Assembly: GCA_028534125.1 (NCBI GenBank)
Contig: CM052817.1
Coordinates: forward strand, 80,974,001 to 81,038,000
Direction: 5' to 3'
Length of the DNA: 64,000 nt
From: Lama glama
Lineage: Eukaryota
Numbering within the stretch: position 1 is the first letter of the stretch; each line of letters opens with the position of its first letter. The position numbers and the translations under genes were made by a program. A model generated the notes under the pieces. That model searched no databases and was not told where the DNA came from. It was given only the letters and a program-made list of their open reading frames with translations. Positions 11,620 to 24,845 of this stretch are shown here, one piece after another.

Positions 11620-12130
11620 AAGGTAAAGTATATTAACAGAACTTTCTAGTTTTCCCTTCTAATATGTATATAATTTTTTCCTTTATTGTTAGCACTTTTT
11701 GTGTCCTAGTAAACAGATTGTTGCCTACTACACGGTCTTTCTGAGATGATTAAAATGTTCTATCCTGCTCTGTCCAGTGTAGTAATTACTAGACATATGT
11801 ACTGACTGATAACTTAAAATGTGACTAGTGTGAGCAAGGAACTGACTTTTTACATTGTAAACAGTTGATGACCAGTGGCTATTGTATTGGACTCTAAAAG
11901 CTTTATTGTTTTCCTTTTCACATTTACATCTTCTGTACACCTGGAATTGACTTTTGTGTGTGACATGAGGTTAATGTCAAGATACTTTTTCTCTTTATAT
12001 TCAATTGCTGAAGTACATTTGAAAAAATAAGACCATGCTTTCCCACTTCACTGCAGGAAAAAAAAGTTGCCTTTGTCATAAAGCAGAGGACCTTAGTATG
12101 TGGGTTTTTATAGATTCGCTATTCTATTTC
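11620..12130 (-). mobile_element. Ancient L1M ORF2 3' fragment (antisense), interrupted by MER3
   Basis: ctctaaaagctttattgttttccttttcacattt..ctggaattgacttttgtgtgtg. Confidence 0.55.
11735..11893. mobile_element. MER3-like hAT-Charlie MITE
   Basis: aaatgttctatcctgctctgtcca..aaatgtgactagtgtgagcaaggaactga..agtggctattgtattggac. Confidence 0.65.
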
Positions 12131-13859
12131 TACTAACACCTGTAGCACTTTGTACAATTAGTAAGCATTTTAAAAAGATAAATTTCACAGTAGTTTCCAT
12201 TCTAAACAGCCAGTTCTTATCAGAGCACAGTCCATTTTGTCATGTCAATATTTCCTTGATCATTAAGGATAAAAATAAGAGAAAGTCTGAGATAACAGGC
12301 AATGTCATTAATAAAATGACATCATTCATGTCATTAATTAACATGTCATTAATAAAATGACATTCCTTGCTCAAGATCATAGAATTATTTTGGTATGGGG
12401 AAAGGAGGTATAAATACTGGGTGGAGAACACTATTAGTAAAGAACAGAGTTTGGAAGTTTTGAAAAGTTTTGATAACCTTGGAAATCCTCTTAAATTTGA
12501 CATGGGTGTTATAGGTACCATTAGTTAGGAAACAGAAACAATTATTTCCTTAAATATAGAATTGAATGCTTTGAAAGTATTTAGTTGCAGTAGCATCTAT
12601 TAGGAAAATGAAAGATTTAAACATTTTTAAATTGAAATCTCTGTGCATGTGAAAATTTGAAACAATACTCTCTACTAAGCTGAATCACACGAAAAAGGCA
12701 AGTAAATCCCTTAATTACTAGCCAAAGTAAAATTATTGACGTTCTGGACTCTGGCAAATCTTATGCCATTTTAGTTGTTTGCTGTTTTGGAGAGATGTGT
12801 GAGGAATTAGATTGTTTCTTTAAATAAAAGTGACTTTGGAAACAGAGCTTTTATTTTCACCTGATTTCTCTTTGGGGACAGACAGTATACTTGCATGAAG
12901 AAGTTTATGAACAAGATCCTGTATTTGGTGAGTAGTGAATAGAAATGGGGACAATGTTCATTCTACGAGTCAAGATCTACTATATAATTATTGATATATT
13001 CATTAATATTTTTCGTTTGTGATTCATAGAAATACCCTTTTAATAGGTACCATTAGAGTAAACATAAATAAGAAAATGACCATATTTTCTTTATAAATTA
13101 ATTTCTGCTTTAACATATCTTGTTTATCATCAGTGTGGAGGTTTTATGTAATATTGCTCCTTAGCAAACAAAAACACAAAATTAAGTTGTAGTTCCATTT
13201 ATTTAGGTCATGAGTATCATTTTGGGGAATACTTACTTGATTTAAAAATATAAGTAAAACTTTTTTTTAACTTTTGGTTAATGAACTATCATCATGGTTT
13301 CTGATTAAATTTCACCATTTGCTATGGCTTCCACCATAGACTAAAAATAACTCAAATTGTATCCATTTCTACAAAATACCACACAGGATGTGTATGCCTT
13401 TTTTCTTAGGTGTTTGAACATCCCATAGTAGGAAAATCACTGGAAGGAGGCAGGAGGCCTTGGTTTATCTTGTGGGGCCAGTATAAATTTGACACCAAAA
13501 CACTTGAGTAAAGAAATGCCAATTTCATTTATTTACTTTTCTAAATCAAAATAAAATTTCTCTAAGCTTTTGTACCCATCTCACTGTCAGGTGATCTGAT
13601 CTTAATCATAATCAGGGCCTACACAGTGCCAAAAACCTGTGACATGCTTGGTAAGGTCTAGAAAACTAATTTCTCTCTTTATTTTTTCCCTCTGGAAAAA
13701 ATGAGTATAAGGGGATATCAGAATCTGATCTTTCCTTCTTCAGTTTTCACTGCAGTCTCTTCCCATAAGTTATCATATATCAATCTATGAGATAAATCTT
13801 CATATGAAAATTTTCATAGGAAATAGCCAAGAACTTGACTACTGACTCTCTTTATCTAC

Positions 13860-14735
13860 TAGAAAAATACAAGAAAGTCCAGAGGGTGGAGAAAAGGAGG
13901 ACTTGTGAGTGAGAAAACTCTGAACTGGATCCCTCTCTTGTCCAGGAAATCTTGAAAGCAATGAAAAGGCTGGCAAACTGTGTGGGGAAGCCTAGATGCA
14001 GGGGAGAGCTGCAAGCCCAGAGTTCATTCAATTTTGGGGGGCAAAGGATTCACAAGTGTTTCCTCTCTCCATAAGTGGGCCATGCAAAACGGAGGGGTCA
14101 TTTGAGGTCTTATTCAACAGGGCCGTGGGGAAGAGAGCAGAAATCTTAGCAGAAAGACTGGATGCATGCTGACAGACACCCAGTGATGAGACAGGAATCC
14201 CAAGAAGGTGTCCCAGGCAGGGGACACAAGACCCATCTGCCAAAGAGAGCAGTATTCTGCTGAGGTCATATTAAGATCCTCAGGAAACTCCACCAAAAAG
14301 AATCCATTTTAGTATCTGCCAACCTCAGGAGATAGAAGCCTCTCAATGTGGAGTGAAAAGTATCCTCCTGCCCCTACCAACCTCTCCTCTTCCCGATCAT
14401 TTTAGATTCTGGTTGGAGTGAAACAGCACATTGGAATATCAGAGAAGAGGAGTAGGCAACAATTGGAAGCAGAAAGCTCATGGTCCCTTCTTTGTTGGCA
14501 ACTAGCTGAAGGCTGGTTTCAGCCACAAAAGATGAGACTGAATGGTAGGTTAGGTTTGGAGTGGCACCATTTACTGAACTGAGGCTGTCTTCATAACTTG
14601 TGACCATAAGGCATTCTATTAATTAAAAATTGGCAGAAAAGCTCTGCAACTGAAGTTTTCACTTTGGGGTAGGGGAGCATTGTTCTCCACTGAGAACAAT
14701 GTTTAAGGATCAGAGGGAGACAAAAGTATAAGGGA
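13860..14735 (+). mobile_element. Ancient LTR, MamGypLTR-like
   Basis: 3' part actgaactgaggctg..cagaaaagc..gttttca..ccactga..tttaaggatcagagggagacaaaa resembles recalled MamGypLTR consensus. Confidence 0.4.
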
Positions 14736-14899
14736 ATTGAGTGTACTGCGTATGCCGGTTACATGGATAGTAACTTTCTGCTGTTTTTATGATTATTTTT
14801 ATCAAATAAGTTATCATATGCTAAAGGTTTAAAAATATATCAAGATCACTGTACATTTGCTACCATTTGGAGAGATCATTCATGCTCTTTGAAAATATT

Positions 14900-15135
14900 A
14901 CTTCATTGAGCACCTATAATATATGAGGGATTGATATCAAGGGTTAATTTGTATAGAGCATAGACCACATGAGAGAAAGAAGAGGAAAGTAAGACTATAA
15001 TAGCAAGTTTGAACAAGAATGGAAGGAACCTTAAGTAGGACACTTGATGTGCAGACCTCAGAAGTAACATGATCAGAACTGTGCTTTGGGAAGGTTACTC
15101 TGACAACAATTTGTAGAATTAACTGGAGCAAGGAA
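14900..15135 (-). mobile_element. L2 fragments
   Basis: cattgagcacctataat; gtaacatgatcagaactgtgctttgggaaggttactctgac. Confidence 0.5.
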
Positions 15136-15294
15136 ATGCTCAGAAAATTATATTTCAAGTTCACATTTAAATGTTACTTTTCTTTGAAATTTTTCCTGAT
15201 TCTTTCCTCCAAGGAACAATTACTGATTTTTTCTTTTGTTGTCTAGTATTAGTGGTTTAACATTTTTTGCACTGTATTGCAATTAGGTGCTAAC

Positions 15295-15500
15295 CAGTTT
15301 TCAATTGCAGGTTTTACAGAACTCTCTTTCTGTAAGAGTTTTGTCTTCAAAGAGGTTTGAAATGACATATACTAGATATGTCTGTTGAAGAATCCCCATG
15401 CATAATAAATGTTCTCAGTGTGCTCAGAAGTGCAGTTAAGAAACATATTCAACTAGTTTTAAATCAAAGTTATCCAAATTTATATAATAACTAAACTTTG
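15295..15500. mobile_element. MER112-like hAT-Charlie remnant
   Basis: gctcagaagtgcagttaagaaacatattcaactagtttt resembles MER112 in opposite orientation to the 54.2-kb copy. Confidence 0.4.
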
Positions 15501-16379
15501 TTTAGGCTTATCTATTTCCTCCCAGATTCTGAGATCTATGAGGACCAAGGCCATACTTCATTTAATCTATATACCAGCTAAAAGTGAAAAATTATAACCA
15601 CAACTTAACTCAGAGTTGTGTTCTAGAGAAAGTAAATAGCATTAAAGGATAAGATGACATTGTTCATCAGAGGATCCTGGAAGGTTGGCATAGGCAAAAA
15701 TGAATGTCAACCTGAGTTGGAACAAGATCTTGGGGAGAGCTGAATTGCTCTGTGCATTAACAGAGATATAGGTAATTGTGATTCCTAGTGACAATCCGTG
15801 AAGGGTGGTTGGAAGGATGGGTAAAAAACAAGTAGGGAAGTCAGAGCCCAAGTGGGCAGAAATAAAACAGGAAACTATTATGAAAAGGAATGTATTCTTT
15901 AAACATAATTATATGCTGTGATGTAAACCCTTCTATCTTTCTAAATCACCAGAAACATCTACAAAGTTCATTGTTATTGTTGGGACTGCTCTGTGAGTAA
16001 AAAAGGGGAAGGGAAAGGGAAAGGGAAAAACTCATTCCTTGCTTCTGAAAAGTCTGTTGAAAGTAACTAAAATAGTTTAGCATAAGATGGTCTGAGTCAG
16101 AGGTTAGCATGGGAAGTTAGCCCTACAAATTTGCACAGTATGTCTTGGGGAGAGAGTTGGCTTTTTTAGAGGACCCAGAATAGGACTTCAAGCTACTTTT
16201 ATCCAACATATTTTATTTATTGACAGGCAAGTTGACTTTTGCTGACATCTGCTAACAGGAATGCTTAATATTTTACCTGGAGATATATTTATATAGCAAA
16301 TATATATATATATATATATAATTTATATATTACATACACATGAATGTAAATGAAGATTTAAAATTTGGGGGAAAATCAC

Positions 16380-17150
16380 ATATCTGTTTAATAACTTGTA
16401 CTTACACAATATATAAGTACATTCTCCTTGCAAAAATATTTTAAATATTTAAAAAATTAAAAAAACACTATAAGATATTTAAAAATTAAAAGTCTCCTCA
16501 TATCACTACTCTAATCTTAGGTCACAGAAAAAGCTAGTTTACTTTCTCATTATTTCTGTGTATGTATTGAACCATATGAAATTTGTAGATTGAAGACAGC
16601 TGACCATTAGCAATTTTATGTGACTCAAACCAACATTATAATTTTGTAAATTAAGAGGTACACTATTCTACTCTACATATCTAATAGCATTTCAATTTTT
16701 CATCATTTGAATGTCTTTAAAAAACTTTCCATCATAGCTCATAAAGAATAATTCTTTTTAACTAATGAATGATATTCTGTGATACAGAATTAGACAGTCT
16801 CTCAATAATTAACTTTAGATTGTGCTACTTTTTTCACCATAACTTATTATACATACTTCCTTGAACAAATGAGTGTTTCCCTAAGGTAAATCCTAGAAGT
16901 AAATTGTCAGATCCATAAGAATTCACATTCTATTTCACCAGAGAGTGCCAAATGTCACCACTTATTTACCATCCCAGAAAAATGTGATGTACTTGTCCAC
17001 AATATTAGTACTTGATATTTCCCCATTAAATTTTTTTGGTCATTTTTACAGTTAAACAGATCCTTAATTGATTTAACTTCTGTTCTCCTTATTATTACTG
17101 AGATTAAGCATTTATACTGGTTATTTGAAGTAATTCCTATATATTGTGCA
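16380..17150 (-). mobile_element. Ancient L1ME 3' region (antisense) with a MADE2-like MITE at about 16562-16635
   Basis: tttccctaaggtaaatcctagaagtaaattgtcagatc; the MITE has imperfect TIRs ttgaaccatatgaaatt / aattttatgtgactcaa. Confidence 0.5.
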
Positions 17151-19074
17151 GAAAAATATGATCTTTCCTTTACCTAAGAAATCCAAGACTTTTAAATATG
17201 AGAATTTCCTAAATATCCAAAACTCTCATGTGTAAAAAGGAAATAGCTCTTATATGTAATGTCTTTACTTTTACAGATGATTTAAGCTGTTAAATTCTTG
17301 GCAAGTGCTATTTTCAACCTTCTTCCCCCTCTCCAAATATGATCAGTTGTAATTTATTAACTCAATAAATATTTGAGGTTTTAAATGTGTTTCCTGAAAA
17401 AGATTTATTTCTCTTTTAAATAAAACATTTTCATTGTGGGCCAGAATATAATCTCTGACTTTCACATCTGCCAGTGTCCAGTTTAAAATGAACTTTATGA
17501 ACTTTGAAGTTCCTAGAAATGTATCAGTGCGAGGCTGTATCACAAACCTTCTGTTTCAAACTTCTCACTTACACAGGTAGATTTTGCTTCTTTCTGAATT
17601 GGATGGGTATGCTAACTAGTTCTCCTTGGCCCCCAAATATTCCATCCCAAGTGCATCCTTTGCTAGTGCAAAGATAGGAGATTCACAGATTTTAATACCT
17701 GGGCTCATGTTTCAAAACTGGCCTGAGAAAATGGAGTAAGAGTGACCTTTAGTGGCCACTCTGAGTAATCACAAAGGGATGAAATCTGTCTCAGGGGGAT
17801 AGATGGACAAGTCTATGTTTGCAGGACTACTTAAAGCAGAAACGTAAGTTAAAACTGACTATCCATGACACTTTTTATGTCATTCTGTTATAGCAGAAGA
17901 TCAAAACCCTGGGAGTTCGGACTGAAGTGCATTTTTAATTGATAAATGGAAATCTCGTCACACCTAATAATGATAATTAGTAACTTCAATACCTGAATCC
18001 CCCACACAAATAGATTGGAAAAGTACCATTTAACTGAGGCAAAAAATCCTTTGCTTTCCAGAGACTGGTAAAAGTCACCTAGTAATCTTTTGAACTTCAG
18101 AACTAAGCCCCAGGAAGAAGAGTTACTTGTTAGCACCACTTTTGACCTTGGAAATCAGAGTTCTCTCTCATTTAAAATTAAAGTCAGTTTATTGATGAGA
18201 ATTAAATGCTCAAAATGTACTTTCCCCTCTTTTATTAAGAGACATCAGTACCTCATTCTATAATTCCATTTTAAAATAGAAAGAATATCTCCATAATTAA
18301 GACATTGACTCATTTATACGTAGGTATTGCTTTCTTAATAACTTAGTTTCTCTTCAATGGAAGTACTCTCTAGTCAAAGATGTGTCAAAAGATAGACAAA
18401 TTCCTGAAATATTCTTATAAAATCATGTTGCAGCCTTTTTTTTTCAAATAAGGATTTTCAGTGTTACAAATAACCTACACATTCATATAAATGCTTTCAG
18501 AGAACAAACACTGTGCTTTGTTTTAACAAACTGCAATATTTATTACTCATGTTATTAAAATTACTTCTTTTTCAAAAAGAGTTTTTCTGGCCAAACCCAT
18601 TGTTGTATTTGAAGAGAGACTTTTATAACAAAGAAAAAGCAGATATAGGTAACACTTTAAAAAAGAATCAAGCTTTCTGAGTCAGCGTCTTTTAGACTGG
18701 CCTATTATAAAAAATGCATGACCCTTATAAAGCACAAAAGATAGGTAAAAGCAATGTGGCTTTTATCGAGATCGAGAATTAAGAAATATTTTTTTTACTC
18801 TTATTTGGCTTATCAGTTTGCTTCCAGATATTTGACAAATGAGGATACTAATTGAATTAAATGACATTTCTTTGAAATAATAATATACATTCTTATTATA
18901 AGTTTGACATAATTATAACTAAAAAAAGTGAGTGGATAATTGAAATCTATTTCAGATAGTTCCTTTAAGATATCTACATACATTATATATACACATATGC
19001 ATGTATTTATACACATACATGTACACAAATATATTTATATATGTATATACAAATTCTGACTCAATGATTGTCCC

Positions 19075-19512
19075 ATAATCTTTAACTATGAAGCAAATCT
19101 CCCCAAAGCTGAATAACATAAAACAACTATTTTATTATGTTCATGATTTTGTGGATGAAGAATTTAGGCACAGCACAGCAGTGATGACTGTTCTCTTCTT
19201 CAGGATGTCTTGGATCTCAAACCGGGTAGCTCTAACTGCTGGAGATGATTAAGATGGCTTTACTAGCCATGTTGATTTTGTCTGTCAGCTGTTTCCTCCT
19301 TTCTCCGTATGGTGTCTCCATGTGGCTAGCTTGGGATGCCTTTTAGCATAGAAATATCAGACTGCTTATGTGGTGGTTTAGGATTCCAAAAAGTAATGTT
19401 CCAAGAGACACATCTGTCATCAAAGTATACTAAATTTATAGTGAGGGACACAGAATCAATCTCTTGACGGGAGGAATGTTAAGGAATTTTTGACCATATT
19501 TAATCTACTGCA
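19075..19512 (-). mobile_element. MLT1 (MaLR) solo LTR, MLT1G/H-like
   Basis: taaaacaactattttattatgttcatgattttgtgg..ctccatgtggctagcttggg..tctcttgacgggaggaatg. Confidence 0.7.
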
Positions 19513-20599
19513 AACATGAAATATTTAGGTCTTTCATAAATTTTAGCTACTCTACATAGCTGCAGGAATGCCACAGGCTTATTTATAATTTATAATTTAT
19601 AATTTTATAATTTAAAAACTGGATAATAAACCAATTGGGTACTTCCATTATTAGCAGAAACATTAAGGCATTGTGATGATAGAATGCAATAAGATAAATC
19701 CATGGATAAATTTAAAAACTGTGACTGGTCTTAATGAATCTCTATATTTTCAAATTTCCATTTTCTCATTTTCTTCCCCCAGATCCCAGATGTTCCTGGA
19801 CCAAGAATCGTTAGGTCATTCCCTGCCTTCCAGGAGCTTCAGAAACCGAAGGCCAAATACCAACTACCCACTTTCACTGTCATTTTTATGGCTGTTATCA
19901 AATATTTGCAGCCAATTAATTGAGCAAAAGCATTGGGAATATAGCAATCATATATGTTTCTTCACTTCCATAATAGGACTATTTGGGATTTGAGGACCCA
20001 AAGGAAAAATAGTAGTAGTAGTAGTAGTAGTAGTAATAATAATACTAATAATACTCTTTTTTTCTCACCAAGTTTGGAATGACTTAAGAACGTAAACGTG
20101 AGAGTCAGGCGGATGAGATTAAAATGTCAGCTTTATTACTAATAAACTTAAGTTAAATATGTGACTAAGTTAAGCAATCGAATCAGCTTGCTCTTTTACA
20201 TCCTCTTGAGTTGAACTAGTCCCCGGACTTCAGATCTTCTTGCCAAGCTTGTTGCATACCAGAAGCAATTGCTGCATGGACAAAGGACAGATCCCAAAAA
20301 TAGGGAGGGGGCCTGAGCCACACATGCCCATTCTCTTCTCCCACATTCATCAAGTGGAAAATTTTGAGGAGTAAGGTTTCTTTCTATGTTATTATTGGCA
20401 ACCAAAATCTAAAACAACAAACAAAATTTCCAAGTATCCATTTTCAAAGTTCTCTCTTCATAGCACACATTTGTTTTAAAAAGCAGTTAGGTCTTATTCA
20501 CTGAAATGGAACGTATAGTCAAATGAATTCATAGCAGTGGTCAGAAAGTTTGGACCACAGGTCTTTTTTAAAGGGAAATGTATAGTTAATTTTCAGGTA

Positions 20600-23500
20600 C
20601 TAGTATCTCACAAGATATAATTCAAGGCAAGAAACAATGAAAAGAGACAAATATGATCTTTGCATACTGGAAAAAGGAACAATATAGAATGAAGATATAA
20701 TGGTTCATCATGATGACATATTTCATAATATAGCTTCAAAATATATAAAGTTACAACTAACAGAAATTCATGAAGACATTTCCAGAATATATAAAGAGCT
20801 CATACAACTTAATAACAAAAAAAAAAAAAACCCGATCCAAAAATGGGCAGAAGACCTAAACAAGCATTTCTCCAATGAAGACATACAAATGGCCAAAAGG
20901 CACATGAAAAAATGCTCAGTATCACTAATTACCAGAGAAATGCAAATCAAAACTACAATGAAGTATCACCTCACACTGAGATATCACCTAAGTCAGAATG
21001 GCCATTACTCAAAAGTCCACAAATGATCAATGCTGGAGAGGCTGTGGAGAAAAGGGAACCCTCTTACACTGCGGGTGGGAATGTAGTTTGGTGCAGCCAT
21101 TATGGAAAACACTATGGAGATTCCTCAAAAGACTAAAAATAGACTTATCATATGATCCAGCAATCCCACTCCTGGGCATATATCCAAAGGGAACCTTAAT
21201 TCAAAAGGATACATGCACCCCAATGTTCATAGCAGCACTATTTACAATAGCCCAGACATGGAAACAACCTAAATGTCCATTGACAGATGACTGGATAAAG
21301 AAGCTGTGGTATATTTATACAATGGAATACTACTCAACTGTAAAAAAAGAATAAAATAACACCATTTTCAGCAACATGGATGGACCTGGAGAATGTCATT
21401 CTAAGTGAAGTAAGCCAGAAAGAGAAAGAAAAATACCATATGATATCACTTATATGTGGAATCTAAAAGAATAAAAAAAGACAAACAAACTTATTTATAA
21501 AACAGAAACAAACTCACAGACATAGAAAACAAACTTATGGTAGTGGGGGTGGGGAAGAGGGTTGGAAGGGATAAATTGGGACTATGAGATTTGCAGATAC
21601 TAACTAATATATATATAAAATAATTAAACAAGTTCATACTGTATAGCACAGGGAACTATATTCAATATCTTGTAGTAACTATGGTGAAAAAGAATATGAG
21701 AACAAATATATGTATGTTCCTATATAACTGAAGCATTGTGATGTATACCAGAAATTGATACAACATTGTAAACTCACTATACTTCAATTAAAAAAAAAAT
21801 ATATATATATAAAAGAAATGTATGAAGAAATAGATATATTAACCATTGCGGTTAGAGATTTTTAATATAACTGTTCAATAGCTAAGAATATCAAGCAGGA
21901 CAAAAAGAAAAATGGCAAACATGACAGGTATAAATAATGTAATGTGTAAGATTCAACTATTAGGTATTTATAAACCTCTAAACTTAATAAAGAAAGAATA
22001 TACTTTTTATCATACATGAATAATTTGTAAAAATTGACCTCTTCTACTGTTCAAAGCAATATTGAATACATTCTAAGACAAATAGCTTATAAATCATGTT
22101 CTTTGGCCATAATAGAATAAAATTAGAATTTAATAACAGAAAGATAGTTAACAAAATTTCACTTTTCTGAAAACAAAAATCACATATACTTTAGATCAAA
22201 AGAGAAATAATATGGAAAATTGTGAAGTGCTTAGACCTGAAAGATAACATGTCTATGATAGCTAAATGATACTTAGAAGAAAACTTTTAGCTTTATAGGT
22301 GTACATATTTTTCAGGAAGTTAGAACTCAAAGAAATGACCAAAAATGGGTAATAATAAAGATTCTTATGAACAAGAATTTATTAGTAAATCTGAATACTT
22401 AATTAAAGGGGATAAACTTGGAGAAAAATATAAAACACACAAAATGTAAAACAAGAAATAAAAGACTTAAACAAAACAGTGAGTATTAATGAAACTGAAG
22501 TTGTAATCATAGTCTTAGCCTCCCACAAACTTCTCAAAATCCAAATTGCTTTACCACAATTCCTCAAATTCTTCTCAAAATAGTTTAATTTACTCAGACT
22601 TTTAAAAAACAGTTATTTTTTACATTGTATATGTGTTTCTAGAAAATAAAAAGCTGCAAAAGCTGCCTGCTTATTCTATAGGGTAAGTATAATCTTGATC
22701 CCACAACTAGCAAGGAAAAAAAGAAAAGGAAGGATGTACTGAATAATTTGTCTTAGAAACATAGAAGCAAATATCCTAAACAAAATATTAACTAGGTAAG
22801 TCTAACAATGTATCACAAAATATACCATAATCAATTGGCATTTTTAATCCTGGGACTGAAAGGATGATGGATAGTAGGAACTCTTTCTGTGAAATACCTT
22901 CACTAAAAAACTGAGGGAGATAAATCATATGGGTGTCTTAAAAGACAGAAAAGTTAATTTGATTAAAGTCAAGTTTAATATATATTTACAACAAATAATT
23001 AGAAAATCTAGGAATAAAAATAAATTTTCCTCATTTTTGATAAGTTTTCATATAACAATGCACCAGTAAATATTGTATTTGTTGCTGAAACTTCAGATGT
23101 TTTTCCTTTAATGTTAGGCCTATCTATAAAACAAATATGTTGTCTATCATTGGAACTGTTTAACTTATGACTAGGTTTTGATCAACATCCAAATTTTTTT
23201 AAAAAGGAAACAAAATAACAGGTGTAAGTCTTGAAGGGAAAGATAATTTTATAATGTTCTTACATACGATTAACTATAAAGAAAAGCCAAAAAAATTAGA
23301 ACAAGAAAATTCAGTGTGGTTTCTGGACACTAGATTGGCTGGAAAAAAGATCCAATTGTATTTATCTATTCCAGAAATAGGTAAGTGGAAAATATAAAAC
23401 CTCGGAATTTACCTAATAAAAAACATGTAAGACTTCTATGAATTATTTTTTAATTTAAATAGAAAAGGGGGCAAATGATTTAAGTAGCAATTTACAGAGG

Positions 23501-24300
23501 AAGATTTACAAAAGATTAAAAAGTATATGAAATACAAACTCATTAGTAAATAACAAAACACGAATTAAGACAATTCAAGATATAAAATCATAAGTATAGA
23601 TTATATCTTCTTACTTATACCATCAGTTTAGAAATATCTTAAAAAATGCAAATGCAAAGTACTAGTAACTATAAGGGGTTATAGGTTCCCTCCATGTATT
23701 GCTGCTAGAGGTATATCGACTTTCACTTCCCAGATAGCTATTCTGGAGAATAGTTGGGAATAAGATGCATATTCTATGACCCTCAAACTTGCTTCCAGAT
23801 TTATATTCTAGATAATATAAAGATAATATGTACAAATGGTGATATGTACAAACATTTCTAGAAATGTCAGAAATAATTTGTGTATTCTTTACTAATAGAG
23901 CAGTTAAGTAAACCATGGTGAGTACACACTACAGATACTATAGCAGCACTTAGAAGTCTCAGGTTACATATACAAATAGAAACAAACATGCATAAACCTT
24001 AAAAGCATAGTGATGAGTAAAACAAGTAAGAAAAATAATAAGATATATGTATATTAATATTTATATAAGTTAAAATACATGAACACAAAACAGTAATACA
24101 TATTTTATAGGAGTACTTACAAGAAAAAAACTCTACGCCATTAAAAGCATTAGAATAGTTCCTTATGGTAGATGGTAGGGCATGGAGATAAAAGGGTTAA
24201 TAAGTAATAAAAAAGAGGGGACATCTATGGACCAATTACAATTGTGTCACAAACAGAGGAGTGTGACTAAGCCAAAACTATGACATCTAAGGGGAAAAAA
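20600..24300 (+). mobile_element. Ancient L1ME-like element (ORF2 through 3' UTR), split by a younger L1
   Basis: Degraded EN (atagcttcaaaatatataaag; tgttctttggccataatagaataaaattagaa) and RT-region motifs, collinear across the insertion. Confidence 0.65.
20777..21813 (+). mobile_element. Young 5'-truncated L1 (ORF2 C-terminus + 3' UTR)
   Basis: ORFs 20700-21354 ([18 protein letters not shown] zinc knuckle); A/AT tail; TSD agaaattcatgaaga (20762-20776) / agaaatgtatgaaga (21814-21828). Confidence 0.92.
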
Positions 24301-24845
24301 GACTTTAGATAAGCAGTGAATCTTTATGTGTTTCAAAAAGAAGAGTTTTATTGCCACTTTTCATCTGATACAAAGTATTGTGGAACTGTGTTATTTTAAG
24401 TAACAGTGAAAATCTATTTAACAGGAGCCTTGTAAACTACAATACTGTGAAAGTGAAGACTGGGAAAAAGGACCGCTATCTACCTCTATGGGGTAGGGAT
24501 CCCACACTCTTCCCTCAAATGTGATATATAATTAACTATGTGGCATACTTACAGAGTGAGGGCACCAGCCATCATATATTAAATGTTACAACACATTAGT
24601 AGTTTCTTATTATTCTGACACCCCAATGGATCATTTTGTGCACCCCTCTCACTTTGAAGACTACTATTCTAAATAAGCACCAGCTAATCTGATTAACTAA
24701 TTCCAAAACTTTGACAAATGATTTCATATGTGTATGTGAATGCATATAATGATCTGCTGAAAATTTTATTAAATTTTTTAAAAATATACTAAAGAATAAT
24801 TTGTATTACTTTATTTTGCAAATGCTACCTCAAGAATATGGAGCT

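Noticed and set aside
17760..17935. Splice-like signals (aac|gtaagt near 17843, ttatag| near 17893)
   Set aside because: The implied intron of about 50 bp is too short and there is no coherent reading frame
19673..19993. 106-aa ORF with a pyrimidine-tract/AG acceptor near 19782
   Set aside because: No recognisable protein and no matching donor or partner exons; cannot be supported without RNA data
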